A stretch of DNA of 40,818 bases, taken from assembly GCA_001642005.1 (NCBI GenBank), contig LWCA01000201.1, forward strand, positions 1 through 40,818, in the 5' to 3' direction. Origin of the DNA: Intoshia linei (taxonomy: Eukaryota > Animalia > Orthonectida). Below the pieces are notes generated by a model. That model saw only the letters and a program-made list of their open reading frames with translations, was not told the DNA's origin and did no database searches. This document shows positions 37,701 to 40,818 of this stretch, one piece after another (position 1 is the stretch's first letter; every line of letters begins with the position of its first letter). A program made the translations under genes and the position numbers.

Positions 37701-40305
37701 AAATCACGTGGCTATAACAGTACTGGTACCATACGAGCTAATCGTATACCGTTTTTAAGCAAATTAACTAATAAAAAGTGAATGGCCAAAAAACCTCGTG
37801 GAACTTACGAATGCGTAATAGGTACAACAGATAAGAACAAAACTGTTTTTCTGACCAGATGGAAAGATAACGCAATTGTCATTGTTGTGTCAACATTAAA
37901 TGACTCCACACAATCTAAAAAAATTCAACGATGATGCAAAAAGGATTAATATGGATAACATATGGGAGGTACTGATAGAATGGGTCAAAACATTAACGCT
38001 TATAGAATAGGAATACGTGGTAATAAGTGGTGGTGGTGTATATTCACATGGATGCTGGATGTTGCTTTGAATAATGCATGGGTATTATGTAAAAAGAGTA
38101 GAATTAATATTACCAATCTGCATTTTAGACATAGAATAGCTATGTACTATTTAGAAAAATATGTTCTACCCCTAAAAAATAAGCGGAAAAGGTATAATTG
38201 CAATTTTTCTGAATTGAGATATGATAATACGTCTCATTTGGTTAGAAATGTTCCACACAATACAAGAAGAAGGTGTGTAATGCTAGGATGTAGTAGTGTT
38301 GGTCGCACTGAATGTTCAAAATGTGACGTAGGTTTANCCTTAAAAAATAAGCTGAAAAGGTATAATTGCAATTTTTCTGAATTGAGATATGATGATACGA
38401 CTCATTTGGTTAGAAATGTTTCACGCAATACAAGAAGAAGGTAATGTGTGTGTAATGCTAGGATGTAGTAGTGTTGGTCGCACTGAATGTTCAAAATGTG
38501 ACGTAGGTTTATGTGTAGCATGTTTCATACCATACCATACCATACAAAATAATTAAGGTAAATTATACTTTTAACTAAATAATTATAATTAATATAAAGG
38601 TAAATTCATTTACATTAATTGTTAATTAATATATTTCATTTAGATATATTCAAAAATTCCATTCNACTTTTAATTAAATAATTATAATTAATATAAAAGT
38701 AAATTCATTTACATTAATTGTTAATTAATATATTTCATATAGATATATCCAAAAATTCCATTCAAAGAAATTATTTTGTATAATTATAAATAAATATATT
38801 TTCAGTTCATTTTTGTACACATATTTTCCCAACGTGACTATATGGTCACATGTAATATCTAAATAACTACTAACGCAAATTCTTTTAAATTTTGTAGGAC
38901 ATAGTTAAATGGTTCAATTAGTAAAATTCTAAAATTTTATTAAAATCGGAAAAAAAAAATTCCAAAATTGGCTTGGGAGAAAATGGGTTAATCACTTCTA
39001 CACTTGTTTTTTTCGTCGAACTTCAAATATTAATTACATTAACTAGTATTTACTTAAAAATTTGTATTATTGAAAAATAAATTTATATTGTTGAAAAATA
39101 AATTTATATTATTGAAAATAAAATTTATATTTATGAGAAACAATGTATGTGATATAATTTATATACAAAATGTATATAGATGGTATTATGTAGTTACAAA
39201 CATTAAAATTATAAACGAATACTCAAGTAATATTCTCCATTCGGATAGGCGGCATTATAACCCATTCCATAGCACGAAGATGACAGTGTAACAGCACATT
39301 TCATTGCTTTGATTGAATATAAAAAGTAAATAAAATACATACGCACCATAACACCGTTACCCCACTCCCTCCCAAAACATTTCAGACACCTCTGCATGAT
39401 TGACTAAAAGAATATAAACGTAATACAAACACATATTGGAATAACCAAGTCAGTTGTACAGGCATAACCTAAATATAAAACCCAGTAAAGATATTAACAT
39501 ATTAATAATATTATTTTCTAAATAAAAATTGTGAACCTGAATGAACACATATGCTAGCATCTATATCCCAATGTAATTCCTCACAAGCACCACATTGAGT
39601 TTTAGATAAATTGTGAAGGTCTTTACAAGAAAAAACTATAATTTTATGTATATATATTTCATATATAAAAACAGGTTAAGCATTTTTCACCATTCCAATG
39701 GTTTTGTAGACGTCTACATCCAATGCATTTATCAATCGTATTTAACAAACTCGAATCATAACAGTTAATTTCTAAAAAATTTATACACTATTGTATGTTG
39801 TATAAGGTAAATGTTACCATCGCGTTGAAGTTAAGGTTGCGAGTCGCGAAATATTAATACGTATATCGCGACTAAAAGTATTAAAATACCTGAATTAAAA
39901 ATCGACGTTTACCAAAGCCCCAGTAAAAATAAACTTTTTTTTTTAAAAATTATTATTGTCTTTTATGGGTGATAAAAGAGGAATCATTGCTATTTACACT
40001 GTACTATAAAATGGGTGAAGCCAGATTTCTTATTTTTTTCAAGCATATTTCTTGGGATAGCATAGTATTGTGCATCATTAAGATTAAAAGAAAATTTCAT
40101 AGATACAGTTTTGGAAAGGTACCGCTGAACAAACTTTGACCAACATAACTAAATGGAGGTCTCTTTTACGATCAGTAAAATTTTATTTTTTCAACAAACG
40201 GTAATATCAATTTATTACTATGACATGATCCATCCCAATAATGATTGTGGCAGCCAATACATTTATCTTTGGTATTTAATAATTCATCAATATCGCAATC
40301 AACAG
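25756..40305 (-). CDS. Large cysteine-rich repeat protein (~890 aa, at least 28 exons): Trp-type Cys repeats + furin/VSP-like repeats + Ly6/three-finger domain + putative GPI signal; leader exon not resolved
   Basis: Manually spliced stop-free GT-AG exons: 40305-40219, 39771-39673, 39635-39537, 39468-39446, 39403-39343, 39306-39223, 35945-35769, 35717-35598, 35518-35426, 35390-35301, 35256-35167, 34912-34838, 34790-34748, 34709-34657, 34207-34127, 34088-33987, 33695-33600, 30763-30665, 30590-30489, 30447-30355, 30206-30111, 29693-29604, 29564-29472, 29430-29341, 29196-29077, 29043-28862, 26028-25927, 25890-25756. Ends CSICCNYSKCNNRNSSKSMKLLYWFSYIIYAYIIKNIIQYIIF*. Confidence 0.8.
26330..26440 (+). 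repeat. Fragment of the same foldback family as 16217-16694
   Basis: TATTGATTTTTT..GTGGCTTCTTTAAGGGAAA..TTTTGAAGATAAT..CAAAAATTTGTAGGGTTTTTA resembles the element arms. Confidence 0.5.
27568..28814 (-). mobile_element. Complete non-autonomous Helitron (~1250 bp) in intron of the Cys-rich gene
   Basis: Minus strand A|TCCTAACTTATATAA at 28814; 3' CTGTTTGTACGTAGTACATAACAGTCAACCTAG|T at 27568. Confidence 0.85.
29737..30071. mobile_element. hAT MITE in intron of the Cys-rich gene
   Basis: Imperfect TIR CAGGGTTTCTTAACC / GGCTAAGAAACTCAA with perfect 8-bp TSD TTTTAAAG (29729-29736 and 30072-30079). Confidence 0.8.
31371..33430 (-). mobile_element. Mutator-like element (MULE) with ~320-bp TIRs
   Basis: 31371-31576 plus 31979-32082 are inverted copies of 33107-33430. 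An internal MULE transposase remnant is present. No TSD seen; the outermost right end is probably lost. Confidence 0.85.
32083..32833 (-). pseudogene. Frameshifted, truncated MULE transposase
   Basis: RRYRCINHSSC zinc-finger-like N-terminus; TYKICKPDYPLLVFGFIDVNRSFHLTALCLAQRETSETV matches the MULE domain. Split over three ORFs. Confidence 0.8.
34377..34595 (-). repeat. 5' fragment of the Helitron family
   Basis: AAGATGTGAGTTTGGGAGG..TCTAAGAC..ACACACAAACAAAAATAGCGTAGCATATTATATAA shared with the other copies. Confidence 0.75.
35976..36488 (-). mobile_element. IS630/Tc1-like transposase remnant (3' part)
   Basis: FLKFLN..RPIIVIDNVRFH, then after a frameshift ..QIFLLPYSPDLNPIENLFS (second D and E of the DDE triad). 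Possible TA|CAGAG terminus at 35974-35980. Confidence 0.75.
36493..38987 (+). mobile_element. Full-length piggyBac element
   Basis: Perfect 15-bp TIR CCCATTTTCTCCCAA / TTGGGAGAAAATGGG, with TTAA on both sides (36489-36492 and 38988-38991). Internal transposase present. Confidence 0.95.
36767..38556 (+). pseudogene. Inactivated piggyBac (PGBD3-like) transposase
   Basis: SP.KFFELCFDD, AMRRNRF, SHDKSMVEYFGRHG..IRFGYKIW, IDNYFTT, GTIRANR, WKDN, MGGTDRM, KWWW.IF, and C-terminal RRRC..C..ECSKCDVGLCVACF..YH. Multiple stops and frameshifts. Confidence 0.92.
39070..39132. repeat. Short tandem repeat, 3 x 21 bp
   Basis: TTGAAAAATAAATTTATATTG repeated three times. Explains the spurious KNKFILL ORF. 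Confidence 0.8.
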
Positions 40306-40818
40306 CTTAAATAATGTATTATTAAATGTACAGTACATGATAGACATTATATGAATACAAAATTTTTATTTGTAATCTCAGCTTTAAAGATGTGCTTTCT
40401 AGGAACACTTTATCAGAAAAAAAATAATTATATATACTATAAATTATAATATAATATATAAAATAAGTATATAAATTAATTAATGTTTTATTGCTATAAA
40501 AATTATAATGTTCTTTTAATAAAAATTGAATTAAACCCAATTAGTATTTAATGTTGTAGGTTTGTCAAATACAACCTTTTTAAATCATTTTTTCAATTAA
40601 TCAAAAATCAAAAAATTTAATTGTTTCCATTAAAAAATGGTAAAACCATTATTAGCGTGCTTTATTTTAATCGTTTTATACTTTTGTATATACAAAACTA
40701 ATTAATATATTTTAATATATATTAACATATTAACATTGACATTATGAACATTAGAGTGTCCCACTTTTTTTATAGAAAAAGTATACCCCGGCAATGTTTC
40801 CCATTTACCTCAAGGGTA

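Noticed and set aside
39995-40025. Possible Tc1-type end TA|CACTGTACTATAAAATGGGTGAA (similar orphan ends near 24645, 26822 and 40753)
   Set aside because: No partner TIR or TSD in the window, so no element can be delimited.
40322-40540. ORF 40322-40540 as the first exon of the Cys-rich gene
   Set aside because: No ATG and no phase-1 donor in that frame. A YIIIFFLIK stretch in another frame (~40408-40437) could be part of a signal peptide, but no start exon could be linked to it.
1-40818. CRISPR arrays, rRNA or tRNA genes, prokaryotic operons
   Set aside because: Intron-containing eukaryotic genes throughout. No repeat-spacer array or recognisable structured RNA gene was seen by eye.

Overview
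AT-rich eukaryotic (metazoan) genomic DNA. Genes are very compact with mostly 34-60 nt GT-AG introns, and a few long introns are filled with transposon debris. The left ~20 kb holds housekeeping or neuronal genes in tight head-to-head pairs: PRIM2 (5' part), a divergent C-terminally truncated cullin-5-like gene, a SMAP-type ArfGAP, eIF2-alpha and CADPS/unc-31. A decayed FLVCR/SLC49-like MFS gene follows. The right ~15 kb (minus strand, 25756-40305) is one apparently intact, at least 28-exon, ~890-aa cysteine-rich gene that the ORF track almost entirely misses. It encodes about 14 Trp-containing Cys repeats, about 11 furin/VSP-like CxxC repeats, a Ly6/three-finger domain and a GPI-signal-like tail. 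Nearly every repeat is on its own symmetrical phase-1 exon, which makes it a candidate variable surface protein. Mobile DNA includes non-autonomous Helitrons, hAT and pogo MITEs, a foldback element, a long-TIR MULE, a Tc1-like remnant and a full-length but inactivated piggyBac. The overall style suggests a compact-genome parasitic invertebrate (e.g. an orthonectid such as Intoshia), but this is inference only. All family assignments come from manual translation and recalled motifs, not database searches.
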